64,000 bases of DNA from Narcine bancroftii (Eukaryota): the NCBI RefSeq assembly GCF_036971445.1, contig NC_091470.1, positions 64,542,001 through 64,606,000 on the forward strand, given 5' to 3'. Each line of letters opens with the position of its first letter. Positions within the stretch are counted from its first letter, which is position 1. The translations under genes and the position numbers were made by a program. The notes below the pieces were generated by a model, which saw nothing but the letters and a program-made list of their open reading frames with translations, was not told the DNA's origin and searched no databases. This document shows, piece by piece, positions 50,501 through 64,000 of the stretch.

Positions 50501-51182
50501 ATTTGCAAATCTGAGTAGGACATTGACAAAAGTCAAAACAACTCACATGTCATTACGGAGTTTTTCCAACAGGGAAGCATTTCAACATTAAGGTACTGCA
50601 TAAAATCAAGGTGACAAAATCTTGATTCAACCTCAAAGACTGTTTTTACATCAAACAAAACTGCACTCACATGGACTTGTACCCACAATTTCAGGTCTCA
50701 TTTAACAAAATTCTTCATTTCTTATTAATCCACATCAACAACACATCCAGATTGTATTGTGCATTTTTGTGCTATTTAGCAGTCACAACACGTCAGCACC
50801 GAAAATGTGGGGGATTTAGTGACAGCTGCACCTCAAACCATTACTTCTCAACACAATGCAGAAAACAATTGTTCAGCTACATTTCTTTATTGCATTTTAC
50901 AATTATGGATTTTACAAGTCAGAAAGGTACACGGCATTTACGACTGCTCACATTTGTTTAAAATGACATCCCACTAAAATTACCAAACAAATGAGATCCA
51001 TAATGTACATTCTGGTTTACAAATATTAGAACCATTTTTGGCATTGTTGAAAATATTTGTCAAATAAACCCAAGAAACAAATGAGTTTCACCTGAACCAG
51101 CACCAATCTAAAACATTCTTATAACAGTGGCACATGGAACTGCTTTCACACTTCCATTCTGAAGAGGAAGTAAAATGATGTA

Positions 51183-51322
51183 NNNNNNNNNNNNNNNNNN
51201 NNNNNNNNNNNNNNNNNNNNNNNNNNNNNNNNNNNNNNNNNNNNNNNNNNNNNNNNNNNNNNNNNNNNNNNNNNNNNNNNNNNNNNNNNNNNNNNNNNNN
51301 NNNNNNNNNNNNNNNNNNNNNN
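51183..51322. other. Assembly gap (140 N), probably in or near the DAAM1 3' UTR
   Basis: Run of N. Confidence 0.99.
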
Positions 51323-52657
51323 AAGTGTTCTCACTCTTTACAGGACCAATCAGAACACTTATTTCCCCCAGCCAATAGTTTAAACTGTACAGTGTCCACA
51401 CAATTTTAAAAGAAAATATCAGAGCCTGTATAACAAAACTTAGAATGAGCCCTATTCATAAACACAAACCTGTTTGCAGGCACTTTGGTAAAAGGAGTAA
51501 ATCACTGTACAGTGAAAAAAAAAGGCTCATCAGTTGCTACCAATTAATGCCTTACAATTTGGCTAGAAAATTTGAAGTATTTGCTACAGTACTTGAATAT
51601 ATATAATATTTGAAACCACTTTCCAAATAGGCCCAAATACAGAGGCTGGAGATTTCAATTGTCTCTAATTATTCACACAGTCCATCTACAATAACTATTT
51701 TCAGACTGTAATTGCCAGTTAGTCAGAAAGACAATGAGTGTCATTTGTTATTCAAGTTTCAAGTACAGAAGTTTTTAAATCTCTTTTTCTTTTCGTCAAC
51801 ACTCCACACCATCCATCCTTCCCTCCCACCCCCTCCTCCACCAATATAACCGAAAAGAATTACTTCAACTATATTTTGTGTCTGGTTATGGTCCTGCTGT
51901 AGAGCTGCCAGCAGCAAGAATAAAGGTTAAATATTTCATTGCCTCGTTCGAGAACTCTTATTTTCATCCCCATTAATTATGGAATGCTTTATATAAAAAC
52001 AAAGGAGATCTGAATATCACCAAGATAACTGTATTTGTTTTCCGTCAAGAAAATATTTTGAGAAAATGTTTAAAATAAAATATTTCCCAACTAGGAGTTG
52101 TTTTATAAATGATCAAGGGATGCTACTAATTCCTTGGAACCAGATCAAAAGCCACAGACGTTTGAGGGTCTTCGGTAATACATACACTTAAACTCTTCCT
52201 CCTAAACTCCACTTACTTAAGTCAATACTGTCTTTCCAGCATGCTTTATTCACTTCAGTCACATCCAAATAATCATCAGTTCCACACATCTTCTTAATGC
52301 ATCAGCACCACCTTTAATCCATTAGGTATCTTGAATGGAAACGTTGGGTTGCAATGCTTACTTAGTACAGCATTTGTGGAAGGATATATTTTACAAAATC
52401 ACAGACACCTAGTTGTACACATCAGTTGTACATATCCTAGGAAGGCTCCAATGTTTCCTGTACTTCAGCACCACGTAAAACAAAGTTCTCATTAACCGTG
52501 GTGCATGCAAAACCCAGCTACAAAGAGGAATAGAAGCCTGCTGTGAAGAGCAGCAACTACTATAGAGCCAGTAGGCAGGATAATTGGTGAATATGATCTC
52601 AACAGGATAGTTACGCATAATCTGCACACCCATAAACTCTGTACTCCTGGGGCTAGT

Positions 52658-52864
52658 TTAATAGTTGAGCTTCGTGGCTGGTCGCTCTCGACTCCCATCT
52701 GTCACTTGGCTGGCGACGCGTTTCCGGCTGCGCTTCAGCTTGAAATCTTTGTCAAAAACTTCTCCAGAACGCAGAGCTGAAACCAGGTCATCAAATTCTC
52801 CTCCCTCCTCACCACCTTCTTTTGCCTTTCTTGCTTTTCGCTCTCTTTCCCTTTGTTCTTTGAG
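52658..52864 (-). CDS. DAAM1: DAAM1 formin, last coding exon with DAD motif ([10 protein letters not shown]...[19 protein letters not shown]...TKLNY*)
   Basis: ccttag acceptor, TAA stop; matches the DAAM C-terminus; synteny with GPR135 favours DAAM1 over DAAM2. Confidence 0.93.
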   Translation of the reverse strand, partial: LKEQRERERKARKAKEGGEEGGEFDDLVSALRSGEVFDKDFKLKRSRKRVASQVTDGSRERPATKLNY

Positions 52865-55330
52865 CTAAGGTTTTAAAAAAAAAGAACCTTATGAAAGCTG
52901 CCAACTCATTCAATCTGAGAAGACAGACCATTTTCCATACATTATATATGAACATGGGACAATTTGTAGAATTCAAAGCCAAGCCACAACTTCTTTAAAG
53001 CAAAACAAAAATACTGAAAGTATCACTGAAGAGAGCAGAGAAAAGAACAGAAGACTTGAACCATTGCCCCGGAAGATGCAGTTTCCATTTGAAGTAAATA
53101 TCTAACCAGGAACATCAATACCTAAAGTATCTAAATCACCCATTACCAATCCCATGGCAAAACAAATAGAACCAATGCACAGTTTCATAAATGTATCTGG
53201 TGGTAGGAAATGACTGAAAAACACATTAAATTAAAATCACAAATATTTAATAGCCAAACAAATAAATAACTCTTCTATCTAATGCACATTTGATCAGATA
53301 CTCATTTGATTTTACATACACCAAAGTTTTTCTCTCTCTCTAAACCTTCATTTATAGCTTTCAAAACTTATGCCAGTTTTAAAACAGGAAATTTATAAAT
53401 GTAACATGTGTAAGCTAAGAAAAAAAATACAACTGACACAATGTGCCAAGACATGAACAGATGTGAACAATATGACTGAATTAATCATTTACCACATACA
53501 AATGATCCTAAAACTATAAAATTCACTTGTTCAACATCTGCCTTCAAGCATTTGGTCTTCAAAAATCTAATTTGCAACGGATGGAAAACATCCATGTCAA
53601 GATAGCCAAAGTTTGTTTTTAATCAAACAATATTGCAAATAAGATAGAATTTTGAAAATATCACAGCTGAACTCTCAAAAGTCTTCTCCTACCAGTTCAG
53701 GAAATAGCAGCAAGTGGAAGGGTATTATTTCTTGAACACGTTTTAGTTATTAATGTCCATGTCAGTACAGTAATTAACACTAATTATTTGTGTTTTCCTG
53801 GTATTTCAATGGATACCTTTATTATAGGCAGTTAAGGATCTCTTGTTGTCAACTTTAGTTATGCAAAATATTTGACAAAATCTTGGAATATATATATTAT
53901 GATATTACTCCACAAAACTATTTTTGGGTATTTAACATAAAAAGCAATAAATAAATACAAAATAAGCAATCACACATTGCCACTGATGCATTAAATACAT
54001 CATAGAGTTCTGTCAAAGTGCTGTACTGCTCTGAATTTTGCTGCCTTGATACTGGTATTTATCACAATTTAAATTTCAGTGACAAAATGTGATCTGCTTC
54101 TACTTCTATCATATGAGCTCCATACATTATGTCTAATCTATAACTCTAGTCAATGCCTCATTCAATGAATAGGGTGCAAGTTCATGCCTGTGGCCAATGG
54201 TGTGTTACTTTTAATAATTTAGACATGTCAATCTTGTGTGGCATGGACAACTGATGATTATCAGTAGATGAATGAAATAGTTCCTGAAATTTGGTGGCTG
54301 GTAGAATTGGAAGTCCTGATCTCAACTAACAAGTTTGCAACAGACTCCCTCTCAGTGCAAATTACTTTCAAGGAGGTCTGTATCAACAGCCAACACTTCT
54401 CTCCATTTTGCCCAAAGTAATGTTCTACTTGGTCTCCAACAAACTTCCTGCTGGAATGGAATTAATCCACGTTGATTAATTCATTCATTTTTTTAAAAAA
54501 AGACATACAGCACGGTAACAGATTCTTTCGGCCCTCAAGCTGGTATCACCCAATTGACCAAGAACCCTGGTACATTTTGAACAGTGGGAGAAAACTGGAG
54601 CAATATGGGGAGAACGTACAAACTCTTAACAGCCAGTGCCTGGTCGCTAGCACCATATCCCTACTACACTAATCGTTCCACCTGTGCTGACATCATCAAG
54701 CATCTTCCATTGATGGATAAAATCACCATCTATATTCAAATATGTTCAAGGAAAGTCAGGGATGACTACTTGGTCCCTCCATTAGATGAATTCTGCAGTT
54801 TCTGTCAGATTTATGCCCATGGCACAGATGTTGACCTGCTATCAAGCATTCGTGTGATTGGGAACATTGAAGATACTCATCAATTTTTCCATCTTCCCAA
54901 GGACTTTGTTCAACTCATCAATGACAATTCTAAGATACCATTGCAACTACATCATGCATTTGGTAAAACAAATCAAGAATGAACAGTAATTTTTTGTTAG
55001 AAAGCTACAAAATCTCCATCAGATTTAAATATATATATTGTATTCAAATCCAAACATTTTTAAATGGAGTCGGTTATGTTAACATCATTACTGCAAGAAT
55101 TGTTTTGTTAATAAAGAGATAACATCCAGAATAGCTCAGAATTTAAGGTTTATATGTGGGACTTGAAATAATTAATCATTCCTGCTATCACCTTCCAAAA
55201 ATTAATCTCCTTGGAAGTGGCTACCATTTGATAATATACCAAAGAATGCACACTGAAGTTTTCTTGATTTTTTTTGTGGTGGGGGTTGGGGGTTGGGGGG
55301 GAAGAAGAGGAACCAATTACTCCATCTGAC

Positions 55331-55501
55331 CTGTGCTTCCATTTTAGCTCTTCGTTCTTCTTCCTCCTTTTTCTTCCTCATGTTCTCATTTTCCTGTTTG
55401 GCCTCTGCAAAAGCTTGGAGAAACTGATCAAAAATTCCAAAGAATTCATCAGGCTGTATTTTGCCAGTTTCTTCTCCAAAGTACTTGACAGCTTTATTAA
55501 A
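55331..55501 (-). CDS. DAAM1: DAAM1 exon ([11 protein letters not shown]...[14 protein letters not shown]...MEAQ)
   Basis: accag / gtcaga sites; FH2 C-terminal motif; 171 nt. Confidence 0.93.
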
Positions 55502-57118
55502 CTGGTTTGTTGGAGAAGAGAGAAACAGAAATAGGTTGACAGATCAATATACAAATTTTAAAAACTCAGCAATAAAAATGAGTTTTTCAATAGATTAAAA
55601 AAAAACTGTTCCCCAAATTTATTCTCATATGTAGTTCAGTGTCAGCATGAGATCGGAAACACTTTCCCAAGCATAAAATGCCAACCTATTCTAAAAATAA
55701 CAAAAGTAAATCATCAAAATTGGAAAAATTGAAAAGTTTGCAAAACACCATGACTAAGAAATCATGTTATTTGCTAGCTTCTGCTGGGATTTCCTGTCAA
55801 TCTCATACATCTCCCAGTTCTACTCTGAAGTCAGGTTCAATTATCCAATGTTTCATTGGGCCCATGTACTTTCCGTGAAATACCTCATCCACAACACATT
55901 GAAACCATGCCATGACTGCATCAAACAGTTGTTGGCACAGCCCTGAATCTCCATCCAATAAGAACTTGCACACACATCATTTTTAAATTGTAATGTTGCA
56001 GAAAACTCTAGTTTGACCAGAGCCTATACAACAATGTCGCACACAAAGAATTGTCAACAAAAGACTTAGATGCCAAGTTTAAGTGTGATGAAAAGAAGGG
56101 CAAGAATTCTGTTTCTGATTTCAGCTTTGTTTCTCAACCCCATCGAATCTCTTCTGAGTATCATTCAGTTTCCCACTGCTGCTGCTCAACTTAGTCAAAA
56201 GTGGTTTAAAAAAATTATAGGCAGTAGTGAACACTTTAATTTTGATCATAAAACTGTTGTAAAGATTTTATTGGTAAAATTTTCATTTGTTAAGTCCTTT
56301 GATGTATTCATACTGTTTCACTATTAATTCCACCTGTACATTTTTTTTTAATATAGGTTGAGGTAAATACATTTACTTTATTGAGCACAGGAACCAGGCA
56401 AGTAGTTAATCACTTGAATAAAGCACCCATGACCACAGAAACTGCCAGGTGGTCAAAACAATTCATTACTGAAAAAAAATTCTGTTTGGAATATCTTCAT
56501 TTGGATATTGAATAAAGATGAAATGTTGCTCAAAGGCAAGTCATAGATCCAAACAAACAGATCAAAATTTATAGCAAAAAGCCAATGACAAATAAATATT
56601 TAAAACACACATACAGGAAGCAAACTTCAACCTAACAATTTCTGAATTTATCAGCAAGGACAGAGGAGGTGGAATTTAAATGAGAAAAGGTTACTTTTAA
56701 GCATCTCTGTTGATTTTATACGGGAATTCCTTGACTGAATTGAGACAGAGCTTGACTTGGTGACATTTCTTTCGCCCGAAGTGGACCGTCCAGGAAAAGC
56801 AGCATTCCTGACATTAGTGCAACTCTCAAACTAACCAACTAAAATAGCAGTGCAGCATAGATCCAGTTCAGAATACAAGAAGACAAAAATGTTTGGAAGC
56901 ATCTCTGACTCCTGCTCTTTGATCGTTGGAACAGCAGTCAACATTTGATCAGGAGACAAAGAATCTTCACATGTAGGAGCCATGCCAATGAAGACCATTA
57001 ACAGGAAGCCACTCACACAAATAATCCACAGAATGCCCTACCCCCATCAATAAAACTCAAATACAGGGAAGACAATTCCAACAATTTTGACATTTTGGTG
57101 ATATTTGGTGATATTTAC

Positions 57119-57250
57119 CAGATCTTTAGCTTCCGATAGATGATCATCCACATCAGAGAAGCTAAAACTTGCAACTGCAATGAACTGACTCACTACAGAA
57201 GAAAACTTGTCACCGGACTGCACAGGTTGTGACTTTTGGTATTCCAGCTC
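57119..57250 (-). CDS. DAAM1: DAAM1 exon (ELEYQKSQPVQSGDKFSSVVSQFIAVASFSFSDV...AKDL)
   Basis: cttag / gtaaat sites; 132 nt in frame. Confidence 0.93.
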
Positions 57251-58502
57251 CTAAGAAAAAAAAAGAAAAATATCTTCGCTTCTGATAATCTTTAAAGATA
57301 AATTGTCAAAACATTTTTCCCTCTCCTCACGAACATTGGGTGTTTATCTCAATGGAGAAAACCTAAGTCGTAAGAAGAAAGCCATTCATCTCCTCAAACC
57401 TGTCCTACCAGGGGAGGGGGAGAATTCTGACTTCGGTCAACGAAGACTTCCATGTCATTTTTAAACGGTGCAACCTCAACTCCCTTCACCCCTCCTTCAA
57501 CCTCTTGAAGAAATCATCATCAAACAAACGCAGCAGCGTTACAAAAAAGTAAGAGAATGGTATGTAATCACTGGGTTGTCACAGCAAAAAGACGTTTCCA
57601 CTTCCTCAGTTCTTTTGTGCTTCCTTACCCGGTTTCCAAAGGGAAAAGCAAACTTAAGTAGTCCATGATCTCACCGCGGCTCTTTTATTATCAATTTTTT
57701 TGTCTATTTTCTGCACTCACTCCATTTGTACGGACATGCAGTCACAGACACCAGCACAATTAGCTTTGTGTTCATGTCATAAATTAAATCCCTTACTTCT
57801 TTAAAATAAACACCACCACTGGTAGTGTTTCAAATCCAAACAATGAATAGGAATCAAGATCGTGCTAAAGCAGGATTCTAACAAAGTATGTTTATGCTCA
57901 CCTCTCTAAACTTATCAAAGATCTTAATTAGTTAACCAATTGTAATGCAACTCAGCTCAGGGTTTATGACAATTCCAAATAATATGGTTATACAGGACGC
58001 ATGTACTAAGAAATTCTAAAGACTTGTCATGGTGTCCCTTGCTTCCCTCTTTTTAAATGCCTGTAACAATTGAATTATACAGGAAAGCTAAATAAAAACA
58101 CAAAGCCACCAGCAAAATGTGTTTCCTGCAAGTGAAATGCTGATCACATACAATATTGGTCCCCTCTAGATATTAGCATAGCATTGTATTATTCAAGAAA
58201 TGGTTTGTACAAATATACAAAATCTGGATTCATTGCAAAAGTCTTCTTAGAAAGACACATTGAATAGAAAAAAAATTGGACTGCTCCAATGTAAATTCAA
58301 GTGGACAATATGGAAAGGAAAAGGCATTTTCAGTGGAGGAAGGAAATACGCCTAATGTGAAGGAAAATGGGTTAATACAAATGAATGTGATGGGAAATGG
58401 GTTAATACTAATGAATGTGAAGACTTCCCACCCTGGCTTCCGTAAATATATCATAATAAAGAAAACATTCTAAAAAAGAAACACAATATTGGGAATACTT
58501 AC

Positions 58503-58563
58503 ACTCTCCACAGACTTCAGACCACTTCTCAGGCTACCAAATTCCTTTTCTAACTCTATTAAA
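58503..58563 (-). CDS. DAAM1: DAAM1 exon (LIELEKEFGSLRSGLKSVES)
   Basis: ttgcag / gtaagt sites; 61 nt, phase 2 to 0. Confidence 0.9.
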
Positions 58564-59349
58564 CTGCAAACAAAACACCACACATCTCTGTCAATGTGCA
58601 CAATATAAACATCCTTCAACTGGAAATCTTAAACTGAACTTTAAAATTTTTTTAAATTTTGCTTTTCCAACTCTAGAATTGAACTTTTTGTTAACTTTCT
58701 GAAACATCCTCATCAGGACTATGTATCAATAAACAAACATGTTTAACATGTCATCTTAACATCACTTTAATTTCTTAAATGACCATTAACTGACTAGTGA
58801 ACATTCAGAATATCAGTCTGTGAGGGAGTGCAAATTGGCTCTGAACGAGATTTAGTCCAAATGCCTCAAGTTAGTGATCTGAGATGCACTTTATTTCAGT
58901 CTTCACCCCTCCTCACCTCGAATTTCTGTGCCCTTAAGGATTCTCATGTAACAAATCTTTTTTGTCTAAGTCAATTTCAGATATCAATTCCGGATCTGCA
59001 CCAAGCAGAATAGAGCCAACATCCACCATGAACATTACTAGAGCATTATAGGTGAAGTGTCCACCATCCACAGGCTGTAATGCAGCAAGAGACTTCCTTG
59101 ACAGCACCTCCACATAACAATCTCTATTCACTAAAAGGGTGGTGCTGGCTTTCAATTTAGATAGGTCCCCTGATCCTAAATGGCAGAACTTCTTGCAGAT
59201 CTATTTGTGTTACTTTATCAAAATTCTCTGGATTCTGGGCAGGTCCCAGCAGATTAGGAGACAACAAATGTAATGTCACTTTTTTTTAAAAAAAGTGACT
59301 AAAGACCAGTTTGTTTGACATTCATAGTCAGATAAATGTTTGAAGCTAT

Positions 59350-61073
59350 AATTTAAGAAGCAATTGGCCCAGTTAAATACCTGATGGAATTTAATGTAGA
59401 GAAGTGTGAGGTGTTGCACTTTGAAAGAGCAAATCAGGGTAGGACATGCACAGTAAATGGTAGGCCATTGAGGAGTGCGGAGGAGCAAAGAGATCTGGAA
59501 ATTATATATACATTGTTCCCTGAAGGTGGTGTCGCATGTGGAAAGGGTTCTAAAGAAAGCATTTGGCATTTTAGCCATTATAAATCAAAGTATTAAATAT
59601 AAAAGTTTGAATGTTATGTTGAAGCTATTCAAGTCATTGGTGAGACCACCTTTGAATCTTGTGTGCAGTTCTGGTCGTCCAGCAGCAGGAAAGATATCAA
59701 TAAGATTGAAAGATGGCAAAGATTTACTAAGATGTTGCCGGGTCTTCATGTATTGAGTTACCAGGAAAGATTAAACAGGTTAGGACTATACTCCTTGGAA
59801 CAAAGAAGGATAAGAGGTTTATAAGAATATGAGAGGTATAGACAAAGCAGATGTGAGTAGGATGTTTCTACTTAGATTGGGGGAGATAAATACAAGAGGT
59901 CAAAGCCTTAGGCTGAAAGGGGAGAGGTACAAGGGGAACATTAGGGGTAAGTTTTTCTACTCGGAGAGTGGTAAGAGTGTAGAATGAGCTGCCATCTGAT
60001 GTAGTGATTGCAGATTCAGCCTTGAGTTTTAAAAATAAATTGGATAAATACATGGATAGGAGAGGTCTAGAGGGTTATGGAATAAAGGCAGGTCAGTGAG
60101 ACTGGGTAGTTTTATTAGCCAGCACAGACAAGAAGGATTGAATGGCCTGTTTTCTGTGCAGTACACGTTCTATGGTTCTTCTGGAGAACCATCAAGCAGA
60201 TGCAGCATGCATTCTGGAAGGGCAGGTCATATTTAGCTAAGATACTGTTCAATGAGGATTTAATGGGTGCAGAGCATAGAGAGAAGCAGGTGGATGTTGT
60301 GCTTGGATTTCCACAAGGCCACACAAATGACCTCTGCATATGACAAGGATACATGGATGGAGGATTGTTTAACCAATAGAAGGCAGAGAGTTAGGATAAA
60401 TTAATGTTTCACTGATTGGGAATTAATACTTAGTGGATGGAGTCTGCAGGGCCCATGACTGTTCCAAATATAAATAAATGATTTGAAGAAGGGACTAAGT
60501 GTAGTATATCTAAATTTGCTGCTGCCAGAAAAATTGAGTGGAAAAGCAAATTGTGCAGAGGCCACAGAAACTGCAGAGATAGAGATAATGTAAGTGAGAG
60601 GGTCAAGGATCTGGCTGATGGAGTACAATGTAGGGAAATGTGAGGTCATCTATTTTGGAAGGAAAAATAGTACAACCTGACTAGTATTTAAGTGGTTGAA
60701 AAATTGCAGGATGCCATTGTGCAGAGAGACAAAGGAATGCTTATACGTGAATTGCAGTAGATTAGTTTTGCAGGTGCAGCAGGTAATCAGGAAGGCAAAG
60801 GGGATGTAGAGGGGGATTGAAATTAACAACAGGAAGATTCTGCTGCAATTGTACAGGGTACAGGTGAGTAACATCATTAAAATGCTGGAGGAACTCAGCA
60901 GGTCTTGCAGCAGAGGAAGATATATAACAAATGTTTCGGACCTGAGCTCTTATTCAAGGTATGAGCAAAATGGCCATGGATGGGAGAACAGGAGAGGAAT
61001 CGTGAGAATTGATTGGGGGAGGGATGTGGCTCAGTGAATGCAGAACTTAAGGGAAAGGAGAAAGGGAATGGGA

Positions 61074-61111
<38 letters not shown>

Positions 61112-62150
61112 AACAGAGCTAGAGGAAAGGAGATATAGGGCTAGGGGAGTGAGGGGTGGGTCTAAAGTTGTGGATGTCGATGTTAATGCTACCTGGTTGG
61201 AGAGAATGGGAATTAAAATGGGTTGCCACTGAAATATACCCCCTATTGCTGTGGACAGAGTGAAAGTGCTCAACGAAGCGATCTCCCAATTGGAGAGGAG
61301 CCCACAACGGGAACACTGGATAATCCCTGCAGATTCATAAGTGGCATCTTCCTTCACTTGGAAGGACTGTTTAGAATTCCGAATGCTGGTGAGGGAGGAG
61401 GAATGGGTGCAACTGTAGCATTTATTGTGGCAGGGGAGGGGGGCGGGCAATTGAGGGAAAGGGAGTAGATGAGGGAGGCACACATGGAAGGCAGAGAGAG
61501 AAGATGTGTCTGGTGGTGGGATCACAGGGCATCCCACAGAAATGGCAGATCAATACTTAGAGGAGTCTTCAGATATGTTGCATGCAGAGCTGGTGGGGTG
61601 CTAAATGAAGACAAGGGGGAACTCCGTCCTTGTTGTGCATGGGGTCAGAGGGGGCCTGGAGTGTTGTGTGCAATTCAGGTATCCTTACTTAAAATAGAAT
61701 ATAATGGCTTTGGAGACAGATCATAGAGGAGGTTCACCAGGTTGATCCCAGAAATGAGGGGATTAAACTTGAGTAATATTGGACTACATTCAATGTGGTT
61801 TAGAATGACGTTGAGATCTTATAGAAGCTTTGAAAAAAACAGATAAGATACCAGGAGGGAAGTGGTTTCCACTGGCTGGTGAGACTACAACTAGGGAACA
61901 TAACTGGGGAGAGGGAGGTAGAAGAGAAGTTGCTTCTCCAAGAGAGTAGAAAATTGGGGAATTCTCTACCCAATGAAGCAGTAGAAGCACCCTTTCTTCA
62001 TGGATATATATTTTTAAGAATAGGGGAATTAAGCATCAGGGGAACAGGTGGATAATGGGAATCAAGTCCAGAGCTAGATCAGCCAGGACATTACTAAGTG
62101 GCAGAGGAAGCTTGACAGGCCAGATGGCATAATCCTGCTCCTGTTTTACA
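59350..62150. mobile_element. Cluster of CR1 fragments (+) with a nested Penelope-like fragment (-, ~60870-61680) and a (GA)n microsatellite (~61071-61111)
   Basis: MEFNVEKCEVLHF, LFKSLVRP; LGDRFVEH..ATHFNS on the minus strand. Confidence 0.65.
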
Positions 62151-62410
62151 ATTACAAGGGCAGAGGCTATGCTAAAGAAACATCACCTCAAAGTCATTTA
62201 CTACCTAATTGTGGATGATTTTTATCATTCATCTTTTCCAGACTAAAATTATCTTCACTATACCAACTATAATTCCATTTTAGCAGTCTGTTATGTACAT
62301 GGTCAGCACTGAAGAGAATTACTAAATCCCATTCACTGTTCCACCATAAAAGAGATAGTAAAATCATCAATGAATTTGGCTATTTAATCTTGCAAGTCCA
62401 GAGAACTTAC

Positions 62411-62518
62411 TTTACTTTGGCTGCATTAGGAACACTCTGCAAATCGTCATGGATGTTCACCACTTTTGGATATTTCTTCTCCAAAATTGTAATCAAATAG
62501 TGCAAAAGAGTAATACTC
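62411..62518 (-). CDS. DAAM1: DAAM1 FH2 exon (SITLLHYLITILEKKYP...AAKV); gene continues beyond the window
   Basis: ttcaag acceptor / gtaagt donor; FH2 TLLHYL motif; 108 nt. Confidence 0.9.
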
Positions 62519-64000
62519 CTTGAACAAAAATAAAACTATTAATTGTTTTTAATCAAAAGTGCAAACTATAAAAATCTACAATGCAAAGTCAAATCAGTAA
62601 TTTGGGATCTACAGTTCTGACAAAGGGTCTTTGCCCTGAGAAAATAACCCTGATACTCTTTTCACAGTTGCTGCCTGACCAGTTGATTGTTCCCAGCTTT
62701 TTCTGTTTACACAACTAAGGAGTCAAAATAGGCAATATATTTCTTCAAATCTTCCAAATCAGCACTGAAGATATTAAGCAAACAGTTAAGCATCAGCCAC
62801 ACTCCTCCCTGCAATCATTTGTCATCGTCAGAGTTCTCAAAATCCAACTTTTAACTTTAAACCAGTTCCCGAACCATGCAAAAAATCACTAGAAGCCCAT
62901 GAAAACTAAGCAGGTGAGAGGGTAAGGTTAAACAAAAATTGCATCTGTGAGATTAATATACATTTGAAGTTTTAGGCATGAAAAAAAGAGGTGCACCTTA
63001 ACAATTTAAGAACAGGAATTACAAAAAGCAAGTTACGGCAAGAGTGGTTCAATATGGACATCTGCAAGGTCAGAAATTTTATATTAATATTAAAGAAAAA
63101 CATTTTTTTTTAAGTGAAGGACTAGATGCTATGGGTGAGGAAATTTCAATGTCCAGAAATATACATCATTAAAAAATTTGTGTACAAGTAGAAAAATATC
63201 ATCCTGGGGAAATGGTTCAAAATCTCATTCTGACGTCATCTGGATTGGTTTGGATAGTGATGTTAACAGCAAATCTATTGGCTTGGAGTGGGTACAAGAG
63301 TTTTACCAAAATTTTACCAGTGATTAAAGAGTGTGTTTTGAAGTTGTTACATAAATTGTAGGTTGTATCTTTGTTTTATTTCAAGTTGTGATCAAATTAG
63401 GATATTGAAAGTGTTCAAAGGATTTAGCAGGATCAATAGAGAAATCACCTTTTGGTTAAGTTCAAAACACAAGGATTTAATCAAAAAAAGTGCTAGGCTT
63501 GGTAGGGATGAACTTTGCCAACATGCTTTTTTTCCCCTCCCACTCAATGGTAAATAACAATTCTTGGGTAAGTTGGGCCAAATGCATTTTTCAAGATGAA
63601 GATCAGTAGATTGTTAGTCAAGAGAATAACTTTGAGGCAATGGCAGGTAGACAAAGTACAGATCAGTTATAATCTAACAGAGTGATACAACAGGCTTGAA
63701 CAATTGAAAGCTGACTAAAATTCCAAAGAAAAAGTTACTTAACAAATTAAAGGTACATTTCCCACATTCACGGCCAAAGGGGCATTATTTCCCTGATTTC
63801 TGAGGATTGTGTGGACACTCCCACTTCAAGTTCAGTTTCCATAATGGCCTCTATGGTCAACAAGTGTAAGAGACTGAGAAATATCTTTGATTGCACTTTA
63901 ATGAAGGGAAGAAGGAGCAACACTCGCCCCAAAACTGACAAAGTCACAGCAACATCTAATTTAAAACATAAAAGGTTGATATTGTCTTACTTCTCAATAC

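Noticed and set aside
51108-51401. ORFs containing X runs
   Set aside because: Artefacts of the N gap
58354-58422. 30-bp tandem duplication (~2.3 copies) in a DAAM1 intron
   Set aside because: Ordinary local slippage with no sign of function

Overview
Vertebrate genomic DNA, most likely a cartilaginous fish (shark or ray), judged from the HE1/V-SINE-like SINEs and the CR1, Rex1-like and Penelope repeats. Five syntenic genes can be reconstructed by hand with GT-AG splice sites and consistent reading phase: the 3' four exons of a probable CCDC175 (+), a complete 7-exon JKAMP (-, 310 aa), a complete 5-exon L3HYPDH (+, 347 aa) head-to-head with JKAMP, the single-exon GPCR GPR135 (+, 422 aa) and the last five exons of DAAM1 (-). 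Order and orientation match the human 14q23 block. Most notable: (1) L3HYPDH has DRSPCGSG where the human dehydratase has DRSPTGSG, giving the Cys/Cys dyad of racemases/epimerases; (2) a ~2.4 kb CpG-rich 26/32-bp minisatellite just upstream of GPR135 carries ~25 tiny strong-Kozak ATG..TGA ORFs; (3) an intronless LAR-family receptor phosphatase fragment is inserted into a LINE between 22-bp direct repeats; (4) there is an unexplained ~115-bp-arm inverted repeat. The rest is transposon-rich intron and intergenic DNA, and several insertions retain their TSDs. Gene and repeat identities come from recognition, not database searches; repeat boundaries without TSDs are approximate.
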